From a virus: DNA of 64,000 nt. The notes under the pieces were generated by a model that made no database searches, was not told where the DNA came from, and was given only the letters and a program-made list of their open reading frames with translations. This document shows, one piece after another, positions 10,601-19,270 of this stretch. Position numbers and translations under genes: made by a program. Each line of letters begins with the position of its first letter. The stretch's first letter is position 1. The stretch is from the IMG/VR virus record IMGVR_UViG_3300002835_000025. One strand, 5' to 3'.

Positions 10601-13600
10601 GGTAACTCTGGTTCTTCTATAGCAAACAATCTGAATCAGATTGGGTCAAATGGTGCTAATGGATTTATAGGAACTACTGGATTATCTAGTGTTGTTCAAT
10701 CTAGTTCTATAATCTTATCAGGTATAACTGGTGCTACTTCATTAGCAAACGAACCAACTAATACTATTGTTTCTATAACAGGAACTTCTGGTTATGCTAT
10801 TGCTAACAATGTAATATTCACATTGTCTTATCCAGCTAATAGCAATGTAGGAACATTACAACAAGGAACATTACTAAATTCTAATAGCATTACTGCAAGA
10901 ACAATTACCGGTTATGGTGTTCTAGCAAATGCAAATCCAGTAGTATCAAGTCTACTTAATAGCGTTACTGGTACAACTTCATTAGCAAATCAACCAACAA
11001 ATAAAGTAATTCAATTAGCAGGTATATCGAGTACTGCATCTACCAAACCATTGAATCAAGTTGGTTCTGCTTTAGGTCAAAGCAATACCGGTATAACTTC
11101 AGTAAACGATTTATACCAAGTAGGTTCCGTTGAATTAAGAGGAAATACTGGTTCTATTGTAATTGGAACCGAACCTAATAATACTATCATATTATTGTCA
11201 GGATTGTCAAGTAATATACTAACTAGTAATCTGAAACAAGTTGGTTCTGCTCTTGGCGTTTCTGCTTCAGGCACAATACAAACTAGCAATCTAAATCAAA
11301 TTGGTTCTGCTAATGGTATCGGTAACCTTGCCACAACTCAAACTAGCAATCTGAAACAAGTTGGTTCTGCTAATGGTATTGGCAATACTGCTACTATAAC
11401 TATAGGAACAGATCCTGCTAATACAATAGTATTATTATCATCAGTAACTTCTTCTGTTATACCAAATAGTGTTGACCAGTCAACCTCCATCGTTCCTTCT
11501 AATAATTCTAGTATAGTTTCGATTGGTCAAGTTCAATCTAATATAATAGCAGATTCTACTGGTAATTCAGCATCAGGTTATACGGATTCAACCGATATTA
11601 TCAGTTCAGTAGTTCCTAATGGTATCATTGCTAACATAACTTCAGGATATACTTTATCCAGTATTAGTAAAGATGTTCAAGGTACACAAAGTACTTTTGA
11701 TATTGGTCAATTTGGAAAATCTGTTTCGTGTACAGTTTCATCTGTAATTGGTTCATTGTCGTTAGGAACTGAACCTACAAACTCTGCTATATCATTAACT
11801 GGTATTACATCTAATACAGAAACAGGATTAGTATCCAGATTTAGTTATAATGAACTTTCAAGCGTTACTGGTTCTATTGAATTAGGAAGTGTATCTGAAA
11901 TTGGTTCATCTATTGCTTCAAGCAATACATCAGTTGGTTCAGTTGGATTTGTATCTAAATCATCAACTGTTGCTCTTAATGGTGCATCGACTACAATATA
12001 CATTGGAGCTAATAATGATACTCCAAGTTCTAACAATGCTACCGTTGCTGCTACTGGTATTGCATCTACTGGTATAACCGGATTTGTATCTAAATCAAAT
12101 GTTACTGGCATTGTAGGTAACACATCTACATTTGCTATAGGAAATGATCCACTCAATATAACATTACCTTTATCTGGCACATCTGGTTCAGTAAGTCCAA
12201 ATACAGTTTCAAAATCTAGTAATATTACTGTTACTGGTAATACTATAACATCTTCTATAGGCAGAGATTCGACCAATTCAACTGTATTGCTTGGAGGAGT
12301 ATCCAATACAGTTTCTATCGGTAATGTACTAGGAATAATAAGTGCTGACGTATTCAACAACTATTCAATTGGTTATATTGGAAACGTAGGTAAGTATTCT
12401 GATGTAGGAGTTACTGGTAATACTTCAGCATTTGTTATAGGAACTGAACCTAATAATACTATAGTAGCACTGAATGGAATTCTAAGTTATGGATATGTTG
12501 GTGATATAGACAAAACATCATCTGTACCAAATTATGGAAATTCAAGTTATACAGTAACTGGAAACTTATCCAAAACAAGTACTACGTCAGTATCAAACAA
12601 TCTAGTTAGTACTAATGTTGGTAATACTGATATTCAAAGCAATGCTTTTGTTAGTGGTATCATTGCTACAATATCTTCTGGTGTAGATGAGAATAATGTT
12701 CAAATAGCAATATCTGGCAATAGCATATCTGGTCTGATAAAAGCATTACCACCAATAGTATCATCAACTCCAGCTAGCAATACAATATCAACTAATGTTG
12801 GTAATGTACTAATAGACAAACCAGTATCAATAAGCAATAATATATCTACTGCTGTTGCTGGAACATTGTCAAGTAATGTACTGTCGTCCATTCAAGGTAA
12901 TACAGGTTCAACATCAGTTGGTTCAGAACCTACTAATACCACATTAACACTTTCTGGTATAGCAACATCAGTTTCAGCCAAACAATTAAACATTGTTAGT
13001 TCTTATAATGCCAATGGAAATGCAATTGTAGCAAATGCAGGAACTATATCTAAATCAATTTCTGTTGATGTTTATGGAATAGATGCGAATATATCAATTG
13101 GTATTGAGCCAAATAATATATCAGTAGTTCTTCAAGGTACTACAGGAACAGTAAGCACTCCAATTCTAAATCAAATTGGAAGTGGTGATGGGATTGGTAA
13201 TCAAATTGTTGCTATTCCTGGAACAGTACAACCTGTCGTTTCTAGTGCAATTCTTGGTATAACATCAACCATTAGATTAGGAAATGAATCTGCTGTTGAT
13301 TTATTATTACTTAATGGCAATGTTGCTTTAGGTATTACTGGTAAAGTTATTCCAATAACAACAGCAAGATCTCTTGGAATACAATCAACAGTAACTATCG
13401 GTGAATCGATACCAGTAGTATCAGGAGTGTTGTTAGGCAATTCAGCAACTATCCAAACAGGAATATCAATACCAGATGCTGACAGATATGCATTCAGTAC
13501 AGGTGTAGATTCCTCTACTGAAGTTGGGGATGTAGGCACTTCATTATTCTTAGAATTATCGTCAGTAACTGGTAATACTAACATTGCTGATGCTTCTTTA

Positions 13601-14233
13601 ACAAGATTCCCAACAGGAATAACTGTTACTGGTTCAATAGGTAATACACAAACTAATATACTGAGTTTACTGAACAGCAATGAAGTAACTGTCGATACAA
13701 CTACACTAGAATTTACTAAAACTGGTCAAGTAGCACTGTCAGGTAACACTGCAGCAATTGCTATAGGAACTGAATTATCAGTATCATACCAGTCTATATC
13801 AGGTGTGGATACCGGAAGCAGTATCGGTTCTGTTACCAACAGTCAAATTGCTAATCCTATTGCCACAGAATCTGTTGCTGATATAAATAGTGTTATAAAC
13901 GAAACTGTTGTTAGTATATCAGGCAACACTAATATCTCGTTAGTATCAGGATTCAGTCCTAAATCTGAAATTGCACCAAAAAGTGCTGTAGCAACTAGTA
14001 ATATAAATACTATAAACGGTGCTAGTTCTAAAATACTATCAGGAGTATTAAGTAATTATAGATTAGGCGAATTTATAATTCTATATCCTCCAACAAGAAT
14101 TGTTGATGTTGGTAATATGACATTTACTATGGTTTCACCTTCTAATATAGAATTTACTCAAGTTATGGTAACAAAACCAATGGTATTTGCTGAAATAGTA
14201 AAAATGAATGTTCCTATAAAAGTTACTAATTAA
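4610..14233 (+). CDS. Giant (3207 aa) S/T/N/G/I/V-rich repetitive fibre-like virion protein
   Basis: Uninterrupted 9.6-kb ORF; about 20-aa degenerate repeat (SITGNxAxxSxG, GxEPxN); five YxxSDWxxxDY motifs. Confidence 0.7.
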   Translation: MAFISGANSYFLSDWVSLDYTVPGVSPAGTVYLNSVFPSTSYTLLYNSSSVSTGLVSNNTTVDSFGISSSIQTVSVLPIISSGVIGNASTSLNSSLTNSSIGFLSGNTGSTSISNEPTNTTILLQTNASYLSVGIPYPVVSGPITNNITNTSTGVIGKNVTVGLSGTLSTGAVSSPIANTNITPNNVISNGQTGTLIGSNSTSVTGNSVAFTINDISNFVSGSYNNPAYFLSDWVSIDYTVYSNLVVGVTRIGFVSNGYEVSITGNAASTSVGIEPNNLMVQVPSIINQTQIGSVTNSSTNSISGNSTSSSIGSVVQSTSLSVVGNLATGSIGNEPTYTTTSVTGNGASTSINSVIASSTNYITGNLATTSVGNEPTYTNTSLTGTSSSVILNPLSYSYTTSITGNQSNTSVDSVIKAVVASITGNSTSITVNRISTSVTGTYNNPAYYLSDWIELDYTVYSNLIVGITRTGSLSKEYEVSITGNIATASIGTEPNNTTVQLSGSIAYTDTGSLYPENYNSNTGILNSVSISSLAKINTNSIIGNFANTSIGTEPNNTTVSISNNSIYSSIGSTSISSTKSVSGNTAVISISNEPTNTVVQLTNNIGSVGIGSIVTSNTLTSSGLLGSTNTNSVIAIASNSISGNELSTDIGSVVQSFSNLSGGISQSYYLSDWVELDYTVYSHLILGIGKLGRPDNSHIVELTGTSATAYIGIESDSVTYVITGNTANTNINSVTGIVSVNAYLTGNSSSSSVGQLTITNTNPVTGNVGTFQSIPVERKLSNDTTYYSSDWVSSDYIEPGHIILGTGQIGSVTANVIANPGDVFLYGTSATASINSVIPSQSITVVGNTADVFIGIQSEQNTLSVIGTSSATAIGSVVKSSSINLVGNIATTLIGTETYDITLPISGNGIITSINSVQQVLSVDAESNITSISTSSLDKFAFTNLIGNVGSTSIGNEPNYSTTSIQGNTGLVVISDVAQSNSISISGNTISTAVGTEPNRTTILLTGFTNSVNIGILTNDIKVAVLGNATTGFVSSVTNAKVLSISGNLSTSSIGSVSQTGSSVSSGVSSSFDTNTVQYSTITGLTGNTATLSIANEPTNVTVSLYGNGITSNIGSIVSKFNQTNIVGNGSLTSIGSITGYSVTTSIRGNTASSAVGSQPNNIVLSINSVGNDIFSSIGSVSKFSVTNIVGNTATTSIGIESNNITLRISGVGSTTSINSTVFSKVVPITGSSSSITLDQIDYYNVNSIVGNTATTALANESTNLVLGLFGNVGTISTSSLPKFSNTSISKTSANAYLNSIGHDNTTSITGITSTTSVGTEPNNTTLLLSGNLGNITSGNITPNAISTAVGSSLTSSISNTKALSYSDTSGNELLTFLGNIQEDVKVAIIGNTGSISVGSELNNTTNSVTGTSSYSAIGSVAKSVANNITGLSNTTSSGLIIQSVDVGIRGITSAFAIGTEPNNTIVSVSGISAYSNLGFATGNTSTDSTNAIATGSVSTVTQSSEYALNGSSSLISVSSTLANLITDSTGIVSSIDTGFVLPQSSGNITGNTGSTSVGTEPTNTIISISNASAQGVVGYSVPTKVVNLSNTLSSTSVGNSGVNVIIGILGNSAKGTLFGDSSTVESNSVTVASTGNSSSIVLGNLTKISSTNINGNSTLGSIGNTQNGLNYTILGNTATGLVGNEPTNTTLVLSGNSISIQQGIISKTSITNVTGNTATGSVGNEPTNTVLAITSNTSTNYVGDVNKSSDVGILTNVLTSAVGTTGKDTSTSITGITGATSVGTEPTNTIVTLSGNTLFSSIGLPQVTNDNTVNTISSSGIAGNVLSKLEISNIGNIGSFDVGNALAIISKNVSGNSSTGNTNTVSVSRTTDIFGITGATSLANEPTNTIVSITGTSSSISLSSVAQIGSSDITGIPLTGLLDSNLVKFSVTNIQGNTGSTAISKDPSNTFVSIFGNAASSSIDNVTTSNTILAISNVATASIGIRPSNTTIGISGNSGSSIANNLNQIGSNGANGFIGTTGLSSVVQSSSIILSGITGATSLANEPTNTIVSITGTSGYAIANNVIFTLSYPANSNVGTLQQGTLLNSNSITARTITGYGVLANANPVVSSLLNSVTGTTSLANQPTNKVIQLAGISSTASTKPLNQVGSALGQSNTGITSVNDLYQVGSVELRGNTGSIVIGTEPNNTIILLSGLSSNILTSNLKQVGSALGVSASGTIQTSNLNQIGSANGIGNLATTQTSNLKQVGSANGIGNTATITIGTDPANTIVLLSSVTSSVIPNSVDQSTSIVPSNNSSIVSIGQVQSNIIADSTGNSASGYTDSTDIISSVVPNGIIANITSGYTLSSISKDVQGTQSTFDIGQFGKSVSCTVSSVIGSLSLGTEPTNSAISLTGITSNTETGLVSRFSYNELSSVTGSIELGSVSEIGSSIASSNTSVGSVGFVSKSSTVALNGASTTIYIGANNDTPSSNNATVAATGIASTGITGFVSKSNVTGIVGNTSTFAIGNDPLNITLPLSGTSGSVSPNTVSKSSNITVTGNTITSSIGRDSTNSTVLLGGVSNTVSIGNVLGIISADVFNNYSIGYIGNVGKYSDVGVTGNTSAFVIGTEPNNTIVALNGILSYGYVGDIDKTSSVPNYGNSSYTVTGNLSKTSTTSVSNNLVSTNVGNTDIQSNAFVSGIIATISSGVDENNVQIAISGNSISGLIKALPPIVSSTPASNTISTNVGNVLIDKPVSISNNISTAVAGTLSSNVLSSIQGNTGSTSVGSEPTNTTLTLSGIATSVSAKQLNIVSSYNANGNAIVANAGTISKSISVDVYGIDANISIGIEPNNISVVLQGTTGTVSTPILNQIGSGDGIGNQIVAIPGTVQPVVSSAILGITSTIRLGNESAVDLLLLNGNVALGITGKVIPITTARSLGIQSTVTIGESIPVVSGVLLGNSATIQTGISIPDADRYAFSTGVDSSTEVGDVGTSLFLELSSVTGNTNIADASLTRFPTGITVTGSIGNTQTNILSLLNSNEVTVDTTTLEFTKTGQVALSGNTAAIAIGTELSVSYQSISGVDTGSSIGSVTNSQIANPIATESVADINSVINETVVSISGNTNISLVSGFSPKSEIAPKSAVATSNINTINGASSKILSGVLSNYRLGEFIILYPPTRIVDVGNMTFTMVSPSNIEFTQVMVTKPMVFAEIVKMNVPIKVTN

Positions 14234-14236
14234 AAT

Positions 14237-14479
14237 ATGATATACTATAACACGAATGATGATGCTATAAATTTGGTTGGATTTACAGTAGTACATAATT
14301 TACCTGATGCTAAATTTATTACTCAAAAGAATGAGATTGGTAAATTCAATGCATTATTTGAAGTAAAATCTGATGTGATGTTTAGTAAACTTTCTAATCA
14401 AGAAATTGGATTCACAACTAATCATTTAGTAACAGATTCATTCGTTAACATATACAAAACAAAGGGAGAACTTTTATGA
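14237..14479 (+). CDS. Hypothetical protein
   Basis: 80-aa ORF coupled to both neighbours. Confidence 0.5.
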   Translation: MIYYNTNDDAINLVGFTVVHNLPDAKFITQKNEIGKFNALFEVKSDVMFSKLSNQEIGFTTNHLVTDSFVNIYKTKGELL

Positions 14480-14784
14480 CAGATTTTGTTCAAGGAGATA
14501 CTGGAAGTTCTATTCAGTTTACTTGTATAGATTCTAACACTTACGATCCAATGAATCTTGCCATATACACTGCTACTATAAATTGGAGAAATGCATCCAA
14601 TGTCCTAATTACTAGAAGTATGCAAAAACACGATTCCGCTAATGGTATTTTGAGATACACTTTTGGTACTGGAGAACTTGTAGCAGGAACGATGAAGTTT
14701 GATATTATTCTAACCAATATTAATACGAATCAGTATATCACATCCAGAGATGTTATTAGCATCGATGTAAGACAGAGACTATAA
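14476..14784 (+). CDS. BppU-like baseplate/fibre adaptor domain protein (putative)
   Basis: FVQGDTG..IQF..D....NL....A...D..NG.LRY.F..GEL..AG pattern. Confidence 0.45.
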   Translation: MTDFVQGDTGSSIQFTCIDSNTYDPMNLAIYTATINWRNASNVLITRSMQKHDSANGILRYTFGTGELVAGTMKFDIILTNINTNQYITSRDVISIDVRQRL

Positions 14785-14786
14785 GA

Positions 14787-15749
14787 ATGGCCACACACTC
14801 AAGAGAACAACTTAAACAATACTGTCTTCGTGCATTAGGTGCTCCCGTACTTGAAATCAATGTAGAGGATATGCAATTAGAAGACCGTATAGATGAAGCA
14901 CTGGAATATTGGAGACAGTATCATCCAGATGGGGTTGAAAAACTCTATATGAAACACAAGATTTCAGCATCCATCATAACATTAACTACACAGACTGCTA
15001 CTTCTTTTACTGTAGGTGAAACTGTCACAGGATTAACTTCTGGTGCTACTGCCGAAGTTGCTACAGAAATCTTCGAATCATCTTCTGGTGCTAGTCTAAT
15101 GACCAAAATGGTTAAAGGTACATTTGTACCAGGTGAACACATTGTTGGTTCTAAATCGGGATACGATACGACTATAGTATCTTGTGTTCTTGGTGTATAT
15201 GATAACAAGTACATCGAAATTCCCGATTTGGTTTATGGCATAAGCAACATTCTACCAATCAGCAACAGTACAACATCGACCAATACCGTTTTCAATCTTC
15301 AGTATCAATTAAGATTAAATGACCTACATGACTTGACTTCAACATCAATGATTTACTATACAACTGCTATGAGTTATCTTGACTTGATGTCTTTTGTGTT
15401 GAACAGAGCACCATCAATCAGATTCAATCGTATGCAAGGTAGATTACATTTAGATCTAAATTGGGAAACTGATGTTACTTTAGGAACCTATGTTATTGCA
15501 GAATGCTACCGTGCATTGGATCCAGCAGAATCTACTCAAGTATGGAACGAGAGATGGTTGAAACATTATACTACTGCTTTGTTCAAAAAACAGTGGGGGC
15601 AGAATTTATCTAAATTTTCTAATATGCTTTTACCGGGTGGTGTTTCTATAGATGGTCAAGGCATATACGATACAGCAACACAAGAAATAAAAGATTTAGA
15701 AGATGAATTAGTAACATTGGCAGCACCACTCTCATGGTTTATGGGCTGA
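14787..15749 (+). CDS. gp13: Neck protein gp13
   Basis: LKQYCLRALGAPVLEINV and KKQWGQNLSKF..M.LPGGVSIDG; synteny. Confidence 0.92.
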   Translation: MATHSREQLKQYCLRALGAPVLEINVEDMQLEDRIDEALEYWRQYHPDGVEKLYMKHKISASIITLTTQTATSFTVGETVTGLTSGATAEVATEIFESSSGASLMTKMVKGTFVPGEHIVGSKSGYDTTIVSCVLGVYDNKYIEIPDLVYGISNILPISNSTTSTNTVFNLQYQLRLNDLHDLTSTSMIYYTTAMSYLDLMSFVLNRAPSIRFNRMQGRLHLDLNWETDVTLGTYVIAECYRALDPAESTQVWNERWLKHYTTALFKKQWGQNLSKFSNMLLPGGVSIDGQGIYDTATQEIKDLEDELVTLAAPLSWFMG

Positions 15750-15753
15750 TACT

Positions 15754-16407
15754 ATGCCACGGAATAAATATTTTACAATGGGTACTACTTCCGAACAGAA
15801 TGTTTGGGAGGATATTATCATCGAATCATTAAAGATTTATGGTCAGGATGTTAGATACATTCCAAGAACTTTGATTGCTAAAGATGAAATACTTGGTGAG
15901 GATAGATTATCACAATTCAATAGTCAATATCCAATAGAAGCATACTTTGAGAATATAGATAACTTTGAAGGTCAAGGGTCATTCATTCAAAAGTTTGGTT
16001 TGATGGTTGAACAATCTGCTACATTAGTAATTGCTAGAAAGCGTTGGGAACAACTTATTGGAACTTTTGGAACTACCATTCTTCCAAACAGACCTTGTGA
16101 AGGTGATTTGATTTACTTTCCACTATCAAAGGGATTGTTTGAAATAAAGTTTGTGCAACATCAGGATCCATTCTATCAAATTGGAAAACTTTACGTTTAC
16201 AAACTGCAAATCGAATTGTTCCAATATGCTAGTGAAAAGATCAATACTGGTATTGATGAGGTTGATGTGTTTGAAACTTTGAAATCGTTTGATGTAGACA
16301 TTACTGCCAATACTGATACTCAACAATCTTATGGCGATAATGATAAGTTTATAGATAAAGCAACTGATGTTATCTTCTCAGAAACAAATCCATTCGGTGA
16401 ACTATAA
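15754..16407 (+). CDS. gp14: Neck protein gp14
   Basis: ESLKIYGQDVRYIPR, RPCEGDLIYFP and PFYQIGK; synteny. Confidence 0.92.
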   Translation: MPRNKYFTMGTTSEQNVWEDIIIESLKIYGQDVRYIPRTLIAKDEILGEDRLSQFNSQYPIEAYFENIDNFEGQGSFIQKFGLMVEQSATLVIARKRWEQLIGTFGTTILPNRPCEGDLIYFPLSKGLFEIKFVQHQDPFYQIGKLYVYKLQIELFQYASEKINTGIDEVDVFETLKSFDVDITANTDTQQSYGDNDKFIDKATDVIFSETNPFGEL

Positions 16408-17138
16408 TGCTAAATAATCCTCCATATTACCATGGTATTATAAAGAAAGCAATTGTAGCATTCGGACGGATGTTTTCAGAAATTCAAATTGAGCGAATGG
16501 ACGAAAATGGTGACGTATTACAAACCATAAACGTACCTATTGCTTATGGTCCTAAAGAAAAATGGCTAGTTCGACTGGAACAAGATCCATCATTGGATAA
16601 CAATGTTAATACTATACTTCCTAGAATGTCGTTTGAAATAGTTGGATATTCTTATGATGCAACTAGAAAGTCCAACAAAATGACAAAGGTTGCTAGTTAT
16701 AACCAAACTACATCTGTATTAAAGACTCAATTCAGTCCTGTACCATATAATCTAGATATAGAATTAAACTTGTTAACCAAAACAACAGAAGATGCATTAG
16801 CAGTAGTTGAACAAATCTTGCCAGTATTCACTCCAGACTATACATTATCAATTAATGCTATTCCAGACTTGAATATTGTTAATGATGTTCCTATTATATT
16901 GAATGGAGTTAGTTTCCAGGATTCTTATGATGGCGATTTTCAATCAAGACGGGAAATAGTTTATACCTTTAGCTTTACCATGAAAGTTAATATATTTGGA
17001 TCAATAACATCATCAGGCGTTATCAAGAAAGCCAATGTCACTTTACCAAATCAACCATTGGATTACTTTGTTAAGTCTAATGTACCAGATACTTTTATAA
17101 TAGATACTTGGTCAAATAATACACCAACTGGATTCTAA
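16407..17138 (+). CDS. gp15: Tail sheath stabiliser/terminator gp15
   Basis: VPIAYGPKEKW, LPRMSFEI, PVPYN and EQILPVFTP. Confidence 0.92.
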   Translation: MLNNPPYYHGIIKKAIVAFGRMFSEIQIERMDENGDVLQTINVPIAYGPKEKWLVRLEQDPSLDNNVNTILPRMSFEIVGYSYDATRKSNKMTKVASYNQTTSVLKTQFSPVPYNLDIELNLLTKTTEDALAVVEQILPVFTPDYTLSINAIPDLNIVNDVPIILNGVSFQDSYDGDFQSRREIVYTFSFTMKVNIFGSITSSGVIKKANVTLPNQPLDYFVKSNVPDTFIIDTWSNNTPTGF

Positions 17139-17139
17139 T

Positions 17140-17555
17140 GTTGATACACGAGCTTGCTCGCAACCATGAACGCAGTGAATGGTTGAACAGATTAATACTA
17201 ATATTGACCTTTTAATTCGCTCACTGCGTTCACGAATGGTGGATTGCTCACTGCGTTCGCAACCACTTGACTACTAGATTATTTGGTATTTTTCCAGCCC
17301 TACATTGATGGTTTATATAAACTGCGCCGTGTAGGTCCGATGCAAAAACTGGAATTCTGATAAAGAAACATCCGACCTGCGAATAATATTGAACTTTATC
17401 GTCCATGTCTGTATTGCTAGTTTTGCTATAACGACAGACTTATTTGTAGATTGGCTACTACAGGGTACAGGAAAATTCCCGATCCTCATCTGGCAGGGGT
17501 AGGTTCCTGCTCATGCAACTGGTGTCCCATTGTCCAGTAATTATATAGGCTATGT
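17140..17555 (-). ncRNA. Candidate structured non-coding RNA / origin-primer transcript
   Basis: No ORF of 60 aa or more; GC-richer than flanks; many stems (GTCTGT/ACAGAC, TGTAG/CTACA, GCAGG/CCTGC, AGGTC/GACCT); a dedicated minus-strand promoter points into it. Confidence 0.5.
17149..17262. repeat. Hairpin cluster with three copies of GAACGCAGTGA (one on +, two on -)
   Basis: caaccat-GAACGCAGTGA-atggttg (17161-85); attcgc-TCACTGCGTTC-acgaat (17215-37); ttgc-TCACTGCGTTC-gcaa (17244-62); palindrome cgagcttgctcg (17149-60). Confidence 0.85.
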
Positions 17556-17559
17556 GATA

Positions 17560-17589
17560 ATTATATCTTATTTATACGAAAAAGTAAAC
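17560..17589 (-). promoter_or_regulatory. Nested early (GTTTAC-N18-TATAAT) and late (TATAAATA, 17569-76) promoters on the minus strand
   Basis: Reverse complement reads GTTTAC TTTTTCGTATAAATAAGA TATAAT. Confidence 0.75.
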
Positions 17590-17596
17590 ACTAATT

Positions 17597-19180
17597 ATGG
17601 CTTCTTTGACATACAATTCAAATCCAAACCTAAAATCTATTGGGGTTTCTGTCGATTATACGGAATACCAAGTCCAAGAATACATTAAGTGTAAAGCAGA
17701 TCCAATATATTTCATTAAGAATTATATAAAGATTATTACTCTAGACTATGGATTGGTACCATTTGAACTATTCGATTACCAAATAGATTTTATCAACACC
17801 ATACACAATAATAGTCGTTCCATCGGCATGTTTCCGAGACAACACGGAAAGACAACAACTGTAGCTGCTTACCTAGTTTGGTACTGCGTATTCAATGAAA
17901 GTAAAAATGTAGCTATGTTGGGTAACAAAGTTGCTGCTGCTCGTGAAGTTATGGCACGGTTTCAACTTATGTATGAAGAACTTCCAATATGGCTTCAACA
18001 GGGTGTTGTCGAATGGAACAAAGGTTCAGTAGCTCTAGAGAACAAAAGCAAAGCATTTATTGCTGCCACAACTGCATCAGGTATTCGAGGCAAATCTGTC
18101 AATCTTTTATATCTTGATGAACTTTCATCTGTTCCTGGTACAGTAGCTGAAGAATTCTTTGCTTCAACTTATCCTACAATCTCATCTGGTGAATCTTCAA
18201 AGGTTATTATAACATCTACTCCTATAGGTTTCAACCATTTTTGGAAAATGTGGGATGAAGCAGAACGAAATATAAATGGATTTATTCACAAACGAGTTGA
18301 ATATTGGGAACATCCTTTACATAATGAAGAATGGGCAGCCAAACAGAAACAACTTTTAGGTGAAATTAAGTACAACCAAGAAGTTTTGATGCACTTTCTG
18401 GGTTCATCTTATACACTTATTGGTAGTGATGTAATGTCCAAAATGAGACCTATTTCTTATATACACTCCAATAATGGATTAGACATTATTGAATATCCAA
18501 TACAATTCCATAGTTATGTTATGGTTGTGGATACATCAAAAGGTGTTGGTGGTGACTATTCAGCATTTACAGTTATAGATGTTACCCAACTTCCATATAA
18601 AGTTGTGGCAAAATATAGAGATAATAACATAAGTCCACTTCTATATCCAAATGTCATCTATAAAATTGCTAATGACTATAATGAAGCATTTGTACTTATG
18701 GAGATAAATAGTTCTGAACAAGTTAGTTATATTCTCCATGCAGATCTTGAATATGAAAATATACTATCAGTTGGAAGAAATTCCAAAGGTCAATGTATTT
18801 CCGGTGGCTTTGGTGGACAATCAAGATTAGGTGTCAATACTGATAAGAAAATAAAGAGAATAGGTTGTAATAATCTTAAAACACTAATAGAAGAAAATAA
18901 ACTATTAGTATATGATGCTGATATCATTGCAGAATTCTCGACGTTTATCGAATCGAAAGGTTCTTATGCAGCCGACGATGGATATCACGATGATCTTGTC
19001 ATGACATTGGTTCTTTTTGCCTGGTTAACTACAGATCCATATTTTACCGCACTTAATAACATTGATATGAGAAAGTCAATCTATGAAGATAGAATGAAAC
19101 TTATAGACGAACAGATGGTACCTACTGGTTGGTTGAATGATGGTAATGAATCAGATAAAGAAATCTTGATGAATTTCTGA
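17597..19180 (+). CDS. gp17: Terminase large subunit gp17
   Basis: Walker A PRQHGKTT; Walker B LLYLDE; STPIGFNHF; nuclease motifs VDTSKGVGGDYS and HDDLVM. Confidence 0.96.
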   Translation: MASLTYNSNPNLKSIGVSVDYTEYQVQEYIKCKADPIYFIKNYIKIITLDYGLVPFELFDYQIDFINTIHNNSRSIGMFPRQHGKTTTVAAYLVWYCVFNESKNVAMLGNKVAAAREVMARFQLMYEELPIWLQQGVVEWNKGSVALENKSKAFIAATTASGIRGKSVNLLYLDELSSVPGTVAEEFFASTYPTISSGESSKVIITSTPIGFNHFWKMWDEAERNINGFIHKRVEYWEHPLHNEEWAAKQKQLLGEIKYNQEVLMHFLGSSYTLIGSDVMSKMRPISYIHSNNGLDIIEYPIQFHSYVMVVDTSKGVGGDYSAFTVIDVTQLPYKVVAKYRDNNISPLLYPNVIYKIANDYNEAFVLMEINSSEQVSYILHADLEYENILSVGRNSKGQCISGGFGGQSRLGVNTDKKIKRIGCNNLKTLIEENKLLVYDADIIAEFSTFIESKGSYAADDGYHDDLVMTLVLFAWLTTDPYFTALNNIDMRKSIYEDRMKLIDEQMVPTGWLNDGNESDKEILMNF

Positions 19181-19184
19181 TTAG

Positions 19185-19192
19185 TATAAATA
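19185..19192 (+). promoter_or_regulatory. T4-type late promoter
   Basis: TATAAATA upstream of gp18. Confidence 0.75.
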
Positions 19193-19270
19193 AATACAGA
19201 ACCAACTTTTACAATGTGATCTACAAATTTATAATAGATAATTTTAACCTTATTCCTAACGGAGACACAC

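Noticed and set aside
4744-13680. Many minus-strand ORFs inside the giant gene
   Set aside because: Shadow ORFs produced by repetitive codon usage; no RBS, promoter or motifs
17149-17262. CRISPR mini-array
   Set aside because: Repeats are only 11 bp, in mixed orientation, with irregular spacing; no cas genes
17140-17555. Retron msr/msd, tmRNA or RNase P RNA
   Set aside because: No RT nearby, and no tRNA-like ends or RNase P signature recognised
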